Assembly (NCBI GenBank): GCA_965116905.1
Contig: OZ220732.1
Location: 640,001 to 704,000 of the forward strand
DNA: 64,000 nt
Direction of reading: 5' to 3'
DNA from: Longimicrobiales bacterium
GTDB lineage: Bacteria > Gemmatimonadota > Gemmatimonadetes > Longimicrobiales > Gaopeijiaceae
The notes under the pieces were generated by a model. That model was not told the DNA's origin. It worked only from the letters and a program-made list of their open reading frames with translations, and did no database searches. Of the stretch, positions 1 to 9,109 are shown one piece after another; the stretch's first letter is position 1; every line of letters begins with the position of its first letter. The translations under genes and the position numbers were made by a program.

Positions 1-745
1 CGACGGGAATCGTGCCGTCGTCCATGTCGACGCCGAGCCGCGGAAAGCCGGCCTCGACCCGCAGGGTGTGCCAGACGCCCGACCCGACCGGAACCGCTCC
101 GTGTCCTCGAAGCCGTTCGCACAAGTCTGAAAGCTCGTCCGCCCCCACCCACACATCCCACGACGGCACCTGCCGCACGCCTCGCGCCACCAGCGCCCCG
201 GCTTCGCGCGCCTCGCCAGCGAGCGCCCCGTCGCCGAGCGGCCCACCGTCCACCAAGGCGAACCCTTCCTCCGGTGCAACCCCAAACGCGGCCGCGACCG
301 TCTCGCCCGCGCCTGGTCCGACCACGGTTACCAGCCGCGTGGCCGGGCCGAGGTCTTCGTATCGTGCAAGCCTCGGGGGGAGAAACCGCCTGAAGTGGGC
401 GAGGACAGCCTCCTGCGCGGCATCCGCGATACTCAACCCCAACCCCTCCTCCTGACCAGCACCCAGCCAGAGGGTCGTGACATCGGTCACCATGCGCCCC
501 TTGGCCGTGAGAATGGTGCCATAGGCGGCGTCGCCCACGAGGGTCGTCGGGCCGTGGGCATCGTCGCGGATCACGGGCGCCTGTGGAATCCGGCTCGTGA
601 CGATCCCGTCGAGCATCTGCACCGGGGCGCGGCCGTGGACACGCAGCAGCCGCCGATCGTCGCGGATCACCAGCCCGCACCCCTGCGTAGCCGCCCGGTA
701 CTCGCCCGCGGGATCGCCGTAGTGGCGGCGCGCGCCCGGCGTCAC
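1..745 (-). CDS. YgfZ/GcvT-like folate-binding aminomethyltransferase family protein (3' end outside window; start uncertain)
   Basis: Not in the ORF track. Manual minus-strand translation gives RRHYGDPAGEYRAATQGCGLVIRDDRRLLRVHGRAPVQMLDGIVTSR and VWHTLRVEAGFPRLGVDMDDGTIP, typical GcvT/YgfZ motifs. In-frame GTG at 745. Confidence 0.8.
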   Translation of the reverse strand, partial: MTPGARRHYGDPAGEYRAATQGCGLVIRDDRRLLRVHGRAPVQMLDGIVTSRIPQAPVIRDDAHGPTTLVGDAAYGTILTAKGRMVTDVTTLWLGAGQEEGLGLSIADAAQEAVLAHFRRFLPPRLARYEDLGPATRLVTVVGPGAGETVAAAFGVAPEEGFALVDGGPLGDGALAGEAREAGALVARGVRQVPSWDVWVGADELSDLCERLRGHGAVPVGSGVWHTLRVEAGFPRLGVDMDDGTIPV

Positions 746-796
746 GGGGCGGTCCCCGCGCCCACCCGGCGGCTCGCAGTCCCGGGACGCGGCCTC

Positions 797-1645
797 CTAC
801 CGCGCGCTGCCCGGCTTTCCACCCGTTTTCAGTTCCCGGACCAGCGCCTCCACCCGCTCCACGTCGCCGGCGGCGGGCGCAAAGGCGAGATACGTCTCCA
901 GCTGGGTCACCGCCTCGTCCGCGCGGCCCAGACGCGCAAGCAGAAAGCCGCGGTCGCGGATCTGCTCGCGCGCGGTCGGTCGCACGACCAGAATGCGCTC
1001 GACGGCGGCCAGGGCCCGTTCGTGGTCGCCCGTACGATGGTGAATCCCCTTCAGGTTGAGCAGCAGGCGGACGATCATGTCGTGCTTGGACGCGGTCTTC
1101 AGGAAACGGTCGTCGAGGCGGGCGGGCCGGCCCAGCTGCTGGTGGAGCATCCGCCGCAGTTCCTTGCGCGAGCGGTCGACGCCGCCGTGGAAGGGGTCGA
1201 TCAGGAACGAGACCGCTTCGCCGCGAAAACGCACCAGGAAGTGCCCGGGGAAGTTGACGCCCTCGAGGGCCAGATCCAGGCGCCAGCCCACTTCCAGCAG
1301 CACGATGCCCAGGGTCAGGGGAATACCCAGGCCCCGGTCCAGCACGTCGTTGAGGTAGGAGTTGCGCGGGTCGTGGTAGTGGTCGCGGTTGCCGCGCAGC
1401 TTGCGCACCGAGAAGAGGTGCCTGACCGCCTCCGCGAGCACCAGCGCCGGGGCGCTCTCGCTGCCCAGACGGTCGCGGGCCTCTTCGGCGAGGATGTCGA
1501 GCCTTACCAGATACCGGTCGACGGGCAGCTGGTGGTACTCCTCGCGGGCCACAAGGAGCGCCGCGCGCGCGAGGTTCATGTCCTCCTCGGAGCGGTCAAC
1601 CTCACGGGCGAACTCGTGACGCGACGACCAGGCGGGTGCGCTCAT
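797..1645 (-). CDS. SirB1/YchA-like transglutaminase-like protein with C-terminal TPR
   Basis: YHDPRNSYLNDVLDRGLGIPLTL, GVNFPGHFLVR, IDPFHGG, then TPR-like RDRGFLLARLG. Confidence 0.88.
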   Translation of the reverse strand: MSAPAWSSRHEFAREVDRSEEDMNLARAALLVAREEYHQLPVDRYLVRLDILAEEARDRLGSESAPALVLAEAVRHLFSVRKLRGNRDHYHDPRNSYLNDVLDRGLGIPLTLGIVLLEVGWRLDLALEGVNFPGHFLVRFRGEAVSFLIDPFHGGVDRSRKELRRMLHQQLGRPARLDDRFLKTASKHDMIVRLLLNLKGIHHRTGDHERALAAVERILVVRPTAREQIRDRGFLLARLGRADEAVTQLETYLAFAPAAGDVERVEALVRELKTGGKPGSAR

Positions 1646-1720
1646 CGCGGCCCCCTGATGCTCCTGCTCATGGATCGGTCCTCATGCTACACAATCTACA
1701 CTCCTTGGGGGCCCGGGCGG

Positions 1721-1735
1721 TGTTACTTTGTCGGC
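1721..1735 (+). promoter_or_regulatory. Extended -10 element (TGnTACTTT) 6 nt before the selD ATG; probable leaderless promoter
   Basis: tgtTACTTTgtcggcATG with no Shine-Dalgarno. Confidence 0.5.
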
Positions 1736-2797
1736 ATGTCCACCGATACACAGGACCAGAGGCCCCGGATCCGGCTGAGCACGCTGTCGCACGGCGCCGG
1801 CTGAGCGTGCAAGCTCGGCCAGGCCGAGCTGGCGCAGGTGCTGCGTCATCTTCTGCCGACCGCGGATCCCCGGGTGCTCATCGACGCGTCAACCGGGGAC
1901 GACGCCGCTGTGTACCGTATCGCGGACGACCGGGCGCTCGTCGTGACGCTCGACTTCTTCACGCCGATCGTGGATCAGCCCTATGACTTCGGGCGCATCG
2001 CAGCCGCCAACGCGCTGTCGGACGTCTATGCGATGGGCGGGCGGCCGCTCTTCGCGCTCAATCTGTTCGCGTTCCCGCGCGACCTCCTGGGCGAGGGCCT
2101 CGCGGAAGAGATCATCCGCGGCGGCGTGGACAAGGCCCGGGAAGCCGGCATCCCGGTGCTGGGCGGCCACTCGATCGACGATGCCGAGCCCAAGTACGGG
2201 ATGGTCGCCGTCGGCGAGATCGACCCGCGTGCCATGCTCGCCAACGGCGGCGCGCGTGCCGGTGACGACCTCGTGCTCACGAAGCCGCTGGGGACGGGCA
2301 TCGTGGCGACCGCGATCAAGGCGGGGAAGTGTCCGCCGGCGCTCCTCGAAACCGCCGTCGAATCGATGGCACGGCTGAACCGGGACGCGGCTGCGGCGGC
2401 CGTCGCCGCCCGAGCCCATGCCGCGACCGACGTAACCGGCTATGGCCTGACCGGCCACCTGGGCATCATGGCGCGCGCGTCGGGGATCTCGGCGCGCGTT
2501 GAAGCCGCACGCGTGCCGGTGCTGGACGGGATCGCGGGGCTCGTCGACGCAGGGCATGTACCCGGCGGCACCCGCCGCAACCTGGCCGACGCCGAGCCCT
2601 TCGTCTCTTACGAAGGCGAAGTGTCCGACACGACCCGACTGGTCCTTGCCGACGCCCAGACCTCGGGCGGCCTGCTGGTGGCGTGCCCGCCGGAACGGAC
2701 GGACGGGCTGCTGGGCGAGCTGCGGGCCGGAGGCGACATCGCCGCCGTGATCGGGCAGATGACCGACGGAGCGGCGGGGCACATCCTGATCCGCTGA
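1736..2797 (+). CDS. selD: Selenide,water dikinase (selenophosphate synthetase), selenocysteine-containing
   Basis: MSTDTQDQRPRIRLSTLSHGAG-TGA(1802-1804)-ACKLGQAELAQVL continues in frame into DDAAVY, DFFTPIVD, AANALSDVYAMGG, GGHSIDD, TDVTGYGL, DAQTSGGLL. The UxxK position matches the SelD catalytic CxxK/UxxK. Confidence 0.96.
1807..1835 (+). promoter_or_regulatory. Bacterial SECIS-like hairpin just 3' of the selD UGA
   Basis: Inverted repeat AGCTCGGC-CAG-GCCGAGCT (1812-1830), with outer GTGC/GCGC pairing, begins 7 nt after the TGA. G in the apical loop. Confidence 0.75.
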
Positions 2798-2800
2798 GCT

Positions 2801-5443
2801 TCAGGCCTGGATCGACGCCCCCGCCTCCTCCGGTCCGACCGGCGCGATCGCCGCGGCCATCTTGGGCTTCCTGGGCGCGCGCATCGCCAGTTCGACGACA
2901 CGGTCGAGGTCCTCGACCAGGTGCACGGTCAACTCGTTGCGCACCGCGTCGGGCAGGTCCTCCAGGTGAGCCTCGTTCTCGTTCGGAATGATGATCTCCT
3001 GGATCCCCGCGCGCACCGCGCCCAGCACCTTCTCCTTCACCCCGCCAATCGGCAGGACCCGTCCGGTCAGTGTCAGTTCGCCGGTCATCGCCAGGTCGGC
3101 GCGCACGTGTTGCCCCGACACGGCCGAGATGAGGGCGGTCGCCATCGTGATTCCCGCCGACGGCCCGTCCTTGGGAACGGCTCCGGCGGGGACGTGGATG
3201 TGGATTTCGCGCTTGTCGAGCGCATGCTCGTCGATATTGAGCTCCGCGTAGTTGCTCTTGGCATACGACAGCGCGGCCCGGGCGGACTCCTTCATGACGT
3301 CCCCCAGCTGGCCGGTGAGCACCAGGCCGCCTTCGCCCGGCATCACGCTGGCCTCGACGAACATGATGTCGCCGCCCATCGGAGTGTAGAACATGCCCGT
3401 GGCGACACCCACCGCGTCGTGCGCGGCCCGCCGTTCCGGATGAACCCGGGGACGGCCCAGCAACTCCTCCGCAATCGCGGGGGTGATTTCCATGCCCTCG
3501 CTTTCGGCGGCGGCGATCTTCCGAGCCACCTTCCTGGCGAGCTTGCCCAGCTCGCGCTCCAGCTGCCGCACGCCGGCCTCGCGGGTGTACTTCTGGATGA
3601 CGGCCAGAATCGATTCGCGCTGGACCGCGAGTTCGTCCTCGCGCAGTCCCGACTCGCGCAACTGACGGGGAAGCAGGTAGCGCAGCGCGATCTCCGACTT
3701 CTCCGTCTCGGTGTACCCGCGGAACTCGACCGTCTCCATCCGGTCGAGCAGCGGCGCCGGGATCCGGTCCTCGTAGTTGGCGGTCGCGATGAAGAGCACC
3801 TCGGAAAGGTCGAACGGAACCCCGAGGTAGTGGTCGATGAACGTCGAGTTCTGCGCGGGGTCCAGCACCTCGAGCAACGCCGCGCTCGGGTCGCCCTGGA
3901 AGGAGACGCCCAGCTTGTCGACCTCGTCGAGGAGGAAGACCGGGTTCTTGCTGCCGGCCTCCTTCATCCCCTGCACGATCCGTCCCGGCATCGCGCCCAC
4001 GTAGGTGCGGCGATGCCCGCGGATGTCAGCCTCGTCGCGCGCTCCGCCGAGCGAGATGCGGACGTACTTCCGGCCCACGGAACGGGCGATCGAGCGCGCG
4101 ATGCTCGTCTTGCCTACGCCCGGCGGTCCCACGAAGAGCAGGATCGGCCCCTTGCCGCCGTTGGTCAGGGGGTCGGGGAGGGTGAGGTCGTCTTCGGCGG
4201 GGTCTGAGGCGGCATCGGCCGAGGCGGTTTCGTCGGAGGCGGCTTCGTCCGACGCGGTTTCGTCCGACGCGGCTTCGTCCGACGCGGACTCGGCTGAGGC
4301 GGGCTCGGCGGCATCGGCCGGGGGGTCGTCAGCCACGTCGCTTGCGGCTGCCGCTTCGTCGTCGGCCGCGGGATCGGCGGCGGCGTCGCCGGCGGCCTCC
4401 TCCTCTTCAAGCCGATCCTGCTGCAGCTTCCGCACCGCGAGGAACTCGAGGACCCGGTCCTTCACGTCTTCGAGGCCGTAGTGGTCCTCGTCGAGGATCT
4501 CCTCGGCCCGGTGCAGGTCGATCTTGTCGTCCGTCCGGTCGCTCCACGGCAGCTCGGTGATCCATTCGAGGTAGGTACGGATCACCTGGTACTCGGCCGC
4601 CTGCGGGGACGTGCGGTCGAGCCGCCGCAGCTCGCGCTCGACCTCGTTCCGGGCGACTTCGGTCAGTTCCAGCTTCGCGATCCGGTCCCGCAGCTCCTCG
4701 ACGTCGTCGCGGTCCCCCTCTTCGCCCAGCTCCTTGCGGATCTGCTTCATCTGTTCCCGCAGCAGCATCTCGCGCTGGCGCTCGCCGAGTTCCTCCTGGA
4801 CCTTGGCCTGGATATCCTCCTGCGCGTCGATCCGGACCAGCTCGCGTTCGACGGCCACCAGCGCCGCCCGCATCCGGTCCTCGTCGCCCAGCGTCTCCAG
4901 CAGCTCCTGCTTCTCGTCGGTGGGAAGGTCCAGGTAGAACGCCACCAGGTCCGCGAAGGACCCGGGGTCGTCCACGCCCTGGATCAGCTGATTCAGCGCC
5001 TCGGCCGACACGCCCCGGCGCGTGCCCAGCTCGGCGGCGCGCTCGCGCAGTTCGCTGTCCAGCGCCTTGACTCCGGGGTCGGCGGGATCGGGGATCGCGT
5101 GCCGCTCCATGGGCACCAGCGTGGCGCGCAGCATCGCTTCGCCGTCGTCCACGAAGGCGACCGCGCGGGCGCGCGATTCTCCCTGGACGAGCAGCTGAAT
5201 GCCGCCCCGGACGCGGTGCGTCTGGATGATCCTGACGACGGTCCCGACCGCGTAGAGAATCTGCGGATCCGGATCGTCCTGGTTTTCGTTCTGCGCCACC
5301 GCAAAGAGGCGGCGGTCGCCTTCGAGCGCCTCCTGCACGGCCTCGACCGTGCCGGGGCGACCGGCGGATATCGGTACCGCAACGCCCGGATACACGACCG
5401 TGTCGCGCAGGGGCATGACGGGTAATGTGAACCTTCGGCTCAT
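2801..5443 (-). CDS. lon: ATP-dependent Lon protease (endopeptidase La)
   Basis: LPVMPLRDTVVYPG N-domain, DHYGLEDVKDR, Walker A GPPGVGKT, RGHRRTYVGAMPG, LLDEVDK, PKDGPSAG, PIGGVKEK. Start placed at ATG 5443. Confidence 0.97.
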   Translation of the reverse strand: MSRRFTLPVMPLRDTVVYPGVAVPISAGRPGTVEAVQEALEGDRRLFAVAQNENQDDPDPQILYAVGTVVRIIQTHRVRGGIQLLVQGESRARAVAFVDDGEAMLRATLVPMERHAIPDPADPGVKALDSELRERAAELGTRRGVSAEALNQLIQGVDDPGSFADLVAFYLDLPTDEKQELLETLGDEDRMRAALVAVERELVRIDAQEDIQAKVQEELGERQREMLLREQMKQIRKELGEEGDRDDVEELRDRIAKLELTEVARNEVERELRRLDRTSPQAAEYQVIRTYLEWITELPWSDRTDDKIDLHRAEEILDEDHYGLEDVKDRVLEFLAVRKLQQDRLEEEEAAGDAAADPAADDEAAAASDVADDPPADAAEPASAESASDEAASDETASDEAASDETASADAASDPAEDDLTLPDPLTNGGKGPILLFVGPPGVGKTSIARSIARSVGRKYVRISLGGARDEADIRGHRRTYVGAMPGRIVQGMKEAGSKNPVFLLDEVDKLGVSFQGDPSAALLEVLDPAQNSTFIDHYLGVPFDLSEVLFIATANYEDRIPAPLLDRMETVEFRGYTETEKSEIALRYLLPRQLRESGLREDELAVQRESILAVIQKYTREAGVRQLERELGKLARKVARKIAAAESEGMEITPAIAEELLGRPRVHPERRAAHDAVGVATGMFYTPMGGDIMFVEASVMPGEGGLVLTGQLGDVMKESARAALSYAKSNYAELNIDEHALDKREIHIHVPAGAVPKDGPSAGITMATALISAVSGQHVRADLAMTGELTLTGRVLPIGGVKEKVLGAVRAGIQEIIIPNENEAHLEDLPDAVRNELTVHLVEDLDRVVELAMRAPRKPKMAAAIAPVGPEEAGASIQA
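4206..4295. repeat. Six degenerate 15-bp tandem units inside an acidic insertion of Lon
   Basis: GA(G/C)GCGG(T/C)TTCGTC(C/G)-type units encoding ASDE(T/A) repeats. Confidence 0.85.
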
Positions 5444-5491
5444 GTCTGTGCTCTCTTGGCGTCCCGTGTTCGGGGTGATAATGGGCCTCAC

Positions 5492-5506
5492 GCCAGAACC
5501 CTGCCA
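5492..5506 (-). promoter_or_regulatory. Putative sigma54 (-24/-12) promoter of lon
   Basis: Minus strand TGGCAGGGTTCTGGC fits GG-N10-GC, about 50 nt before the ATG. Confidence 0.55.
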
Positions 5507-5549
5507 GAGTCTTACGACGATCTCTGCGGTCAGGTTACCGGAACGTTAC

Positions 5550-5624
5550 TGCCGAAATGGCAGGATTCGATCATCAAATCGGCCATTTTGGCAGGAAATC
5601 GGCGCTGATTCTGCCATTTTGGCG
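5550..5624. promoter_or_regulatory. Three palindromic TGCCAnnnTGGCA-type boxes upstream of lon
   Basis: TGCCGAAATGGCA 5550, GGCCATTTTGGCA 5581, TGCCATTTTGGCG 5612; exact 31-bp period. Confidence 0.75.
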
Positions 5625-5666
5625 GGGTGCATTGCGTCCGGTTCGCCACCCAGCCGGCCAGTCCGC

Positions 5667-6506
5667 CTATCTCACCCGGATCTCGGCGGCGCGCGACGGT
5701 GCCGCGGCGGCAAAGTACCCGTAGACTCCTTCGCCGTCGATGCCGAACCCGGGCCAGGGCTCAGGCAGCGGGAAGCTGCTCGTGTACTTCACGAAGTTGG
5801 TGTAGTTCCAACCGATTCCAAGCAGCCTCAGCGACACGCGCATCGGCCTGTCGCGGTACCGCAGGGAGAGGGTGTCGGTCCCGGCACCCGTGAGGGTTGA
5901 GGGAACGAGGTCGAACGGACCTGTGTCGACCTGTACCTCCGCTCCGTCGTCAGCGGTCTCGAAGGCGGACGGGATCTCGGCCCACAGGGTGCCGATATCG
6001 GGGTCGATCCCGTAGCGAACCACGACCTCGACCCGGCGCTCCTGGGAGGGCGGCGGCAGTGTCACGGTGTCGCCCGGCTCCAGCAGAACCGGTGTCTCGG
6101 GCACGACCACGGAGCCGGTGAATCCGCCCGGTAGCGCGGCACCCACCATCCCATACCGGGTCCTAGGCCGAATCGGCTCTGGAAGCATGGCGCGGAGACA
6201 GGTTGCCGGCCCGGGCCACTTGTCCGAACTGGCGACCGTGCACGACTCCACCGGCAGAGTTTCCGAGAGTCCCGCCGTCCATCCGGGCCCCTGAAGCACC
6301 GCGTCCACCACTGGCGGGCTGTCGGTGAGTGCCCGGTGCGGATGCATCGCCAGCATGCGGGCGGAGTTCTCACCTGCGACGAGCATGATCGCCACGGTGA
6401 CCACGTCGGGGTCTGCCTCAAGCGGATCGGGCGGACGGATGAAGCCGTCACAGGCCGCCGAGAGCAGCAGGAGGGATCCCAGGGGGAAAAGCGCACGCGC
6501 CCTCAA
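5667..6506 (-). CDS. Lipoprotein partner of the TonB-dependent receptor (DUF4249-like)
   Basis: TTG start overlaps the receptor TGA; lipobox LLLLSAAC; C-terminal GIDGEGVYGYFAA resembles DUF4249 ends. Confidence 0.6.
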   Translation of the reverse strand: MRARALFPLGSLLLLSAACDGFIRPPDPLEADPDVVTVAIMLVAGENSARMLAMHPHRALTDSPPVVDAVLQGPGWTAGLSETLPVESCTVASSDKWPGPATCLRAMLPEPIRPRTRYGMVGAALPGGFTGSVVVPETPVLLEPGDTVTLPPPSQERRVEVVVRYGIDPDIGTLWAEIPSAFETADDGAEVQVDTGPFDLVPSTLTGAGTDTLSLRYRDRPMRVSLRLLGIGWNYTNFVKYTSSFPLPEPWPGFGIDGEGVYGYFAAAAPSRAAEIRVR

Positions 6507-8812
6507 AACCGGAACTCCACGCCGAAGAATGGAATCATCGGAAGCTGCGGCAGATACACTCGCTTGACGGTTCCGTCGGCACCCTCGCTCTTCACCTGCA
6601 ACCCGACGACGTTGGGCAGGCTGAAGAGGTTGGCGACCGACAGATAGGGGACGACCGACCCACCACCGAACCACGAGACCTGGGTGGGACGACGCCACCC
6701 CACGTCGACCCGCGCATAGTGCGGCAGTGTCCCCGAGTTGTACTTGGCACCCAGAGGCACGAACTGAACCGTACCGAATGGATGCCGCTCGACGGGAACA
6801 ATGGCCTCCAGCGGAGTCGTCGGCTGGCCCGAACGCAGTGAGAAGCGCGCGGACCAGGACGCGGTGCCCCGAGTGTACGACGCGGCGAACTCGAGCTCGT
6901 GCTCCCGGTGGAAGCGTGGTGTGTAGGTATGTCTGCCCACCGTACGCAACACCCTCGCCCACCGGTAGCTCCCCAGAGTCGACAACCCTTGTTCCCCTTG
7001 CCAGCTCCACGAAGCCTCAATGCCCCGGGCCGTCCCGCTCGCCACTTCCCAAAGTGACGGGTCGCCAAGGGCGGCAGCGGTGATGGGTTTCTCACCCAGC
7101 GCGGGCAGCCTCAGGTTGGCGAGGGTGCGCGCATATGCGTCGATGCGGATCCGCAGCGCTCCCCTGGAGCCCTCCCAGCCGACCGAGAACTGGGTGTTGC
7201 TGGGAACGGGGCCGGAGCTCACCGGAACGAGCAGATCGTAGGCCAAAAAACTCGCTCCCAGTGCCTCCTCGTTGCGCACGGAGGACAGCGCCTGGCGGGA
7301 CTGCGATGCCGACAACCGCACATCCCACCAGGGACCGGCATAGGTCAGCTCGGCAAACGGCGAAACCGTGGTCGCCAAACTCCGGAAGCGGTCGATCCGC
7401 AGTCCGCCCCGCGAAGACAGGCGCCCACCGAGGCTCACATCAACTCTGGCATGCGCTGCGAGGCGCCAGCGCTTCTGCCGAAGATCCAGGGGCGAAAAGA
7501 AATAGCCGTCGTCCGCCTCGAATTCGTCGCCGAGGTCGTAACGGTGCCCGGCCGAGAATCGCGTCGCCTGCGCGCCGGCGACGACGGTGGCGCGGCCAGT
7601 GTGCCACGTCAGTCGCAGGTCCGCCCGATCCTCGCTCATCGATCCGGTGCCGGACAACAGCGTGTCGGTGGGCGGGTCGTATTCACGTAACGTCCCGTTC
7701 AAGTACGAGGCGCCGCCGCCGCCGAGACCCAGCAGGTCACTGGAGAACCTGCTGCGCCCGACGGTCGCGTCGAGGAGCCCGTTGGCGCCAACCTTGTCCC
7801 GGTAGTGCATCGAGAAGGCCGCGTTGCCCCACTGAAGGTCGAGCGTCTTGGTCCGTTGGGAGTCGAAGTGCCCTAGCGCCTCGGAATTGGCATACGCGCT
7901 CACGGAAAGGCGGCGGATGCCTCCCCAATCCTTCGTCACCTTGGCGTGCAGGTCCTGGAAGAAGTACGGCAGGTGCTGCTCGATGACGCCGCCTTCTTCG
8001 AGTAGCCGAGTGAATCCGTCGATATAGGTCCGGCGTCCGTCCACGAGGTAGGAGAGCCCCTCGCCGACAGGCCCCTCCACCGACAGTCTGGACGAAGCCA
8101 GACCGACCGATCCCGCCATGTGGTGCCGGTCCCGGGCCCCGTCCCTGGTCGCGATGTCGATCGCTCCGGAAAGCGATCCGATCTCAAGCACGTCCGCTCC
8201 GAATCCAGGAAGCAGCGCAGCGCGCTCGACTACCTCCGCGTTCACGGCCGACAGAAACCCCCCGAGATGAAAGGCGTTGAACAAACGAATCCCATCGAGC
8301 AGCACGGGGGTTCCTTCGCTCGTGCCACCCCGGACGTAGGGGATGGCTGCGTAGTCGGACGGCGCCGACGCCGATGGCGACACCGCGGTCGCCCGCAGCA
8401 CGTCGGTTTCGAGGATCGTCGGCAGCGTCCGCATCAGTGCCGAGTCCACGACAAAGGCGTCCCGCGACAGCGAAATCGGGTCGCCGGCTCGGCCCTGGGT
8501 GAGCACTTCGATTCCCTCAAGTGCGATCGGGGACGGCTGCAAGAGAACGCGGACAGGCTCCACGGGAAGTCGGGTGTAGCTTCGGACCCACGGCTCGTAC
8601 CCGAATGCTGTCACCTCCAAGCGGAACCCCTGCACGCTCGGGACGTCCGGCATGACGAACGCGCCGAAACGGTCGGAGCTTCCTGCGCCCGCGGCGTCGC
8701 CCGCGACAACGCTGACCTGGGCGAAGGCCACCGGTTCGAGGTCGATGCTGTCGCGGACGACGCCAGCGAGTGTGGCTTGTTGCAAGGCGACGATCAGGAG
8801 TGCGCTGGTCAT
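6503..8812 (-). CDS. TonB-dependent outer-membrane receptor with N-terminal carboxypeptidase-regulatory-like domain
   Basis: GVVRDSIDLEPVAFAQV; plug-like VRGG...LLDGIRLFNAFHLGG; LPHYARVD; C-terminal GVEFRF. Confidence 0.85.
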   Translation of the reverse strand: MTSALLIVALQQATLAGVVRDSIDLEPVAFAQVSVVAGDAAGAGSSDRFGAFVMPDVPSVQGFRLEVTAFGYEPWVRSYTRLPVEPVRVLLQPSPIALEGIEVLTQGRAGDPISLSRDAFVVDSALMRTLPTILETDVLRATAVSPSASAPSDYAAIPYVRGGTSEGTPVLLDGIRLFNAFHLGGFLSAVNAEVVERAALLPGFGADVLEIGSLSGAIDIATRDGARDRHHMAGSVGLASSRLSVEGPVGEGLSYLVDGRRTYIDGFTRLLEEGGVIEQHLPYFFQDLHAKVTKDWGGIRRLSVSAYANSEALGHFDSQRTKTLDLQWGNAAFSMHYRDKVGANGLLDATVGRSRFSSDLLGLGGGGASYLNGTLREYDPPTDTLLSGTGSMSEDRADLRLTWHTGRATVVAGAQATRFSAGHRYDLGDEFEADDGYFFSPLDLRQKRWRLAAHARVDVSLGGRLSSRGGLRIDRFRSLATTVSPFAELTYAGPWWDVRLSASQSRQALSSVRNEEALGASFLAYDLLVPVSSGPVPSNTQFSVGWEGSRGALRIRIDAYARTLANLRLPALGEKPITAAALGDPSLWEVASGTARGIEASWSWQGEQGLSTLGSYRWARVLRTVGRHTYTPRFHREHELEFAASYTRGTASWSARFSLRSGQPTTPLEAIVPVERHPFGTVQFVPLGAKYNSGTLPHYARVDVGWRRPTQVSWFGGGSVVPYLSVANLFSLPNVVGLQVKSEGADGTVKRVYLPQLPMIPFFGVEFRF

Positions 8813-8901
8813 ATGTCTCCGATCTCACCGATGACGCGTGTTGGTTGGAAGGCCAAAACGCCACACAGCCACAAGATGGGACGCTGAGATGAACCGCCGT
8901 C

Positions 8902-8961
8902 AGAGGGAAAACCCGGTATTGTGTACCGGGAAAACCCTGTACCATGACCGGGAAAACCCTG
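8902..8961. promoter_or_regulatory. Three GGGAAAACCC boxes between the TonB receptor and the two-component genes
   Basis: Cores at 8905, 8928 and 8950 (23 and 22 bp apart); the middle one extends to the pseudo-palindrome TACCGGGAAAACCCTGTA. Confidence 0.7.
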
Positions 8962-9109
8962 AGCGACGACCTTTTTTCGACATACTCCATCCGGTCATCG
9001 CGATGACATCATCATTTCTTTCGCTTCCAATCGCGTAACGATCACGCAAGGATCGTCGCGCGTGACGAAATGATCCACTACAATACGACCGGAAGTGGCA
9101 CGGAATCGA

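Noticed and set aside
395..1735. 469-aa plus-strand ORF 395..1804
   Set aside because: Antisense shadow of the SirB1-like and YgfZ-like genes; only its last 22 codons are real (selD N-terminus).
1802..1804. selD as a nonsense pseudogene
   Set aside because: The TGA sits at the catalytic Cys/Sec position with an adjacent hairpin; recoding explains it better.
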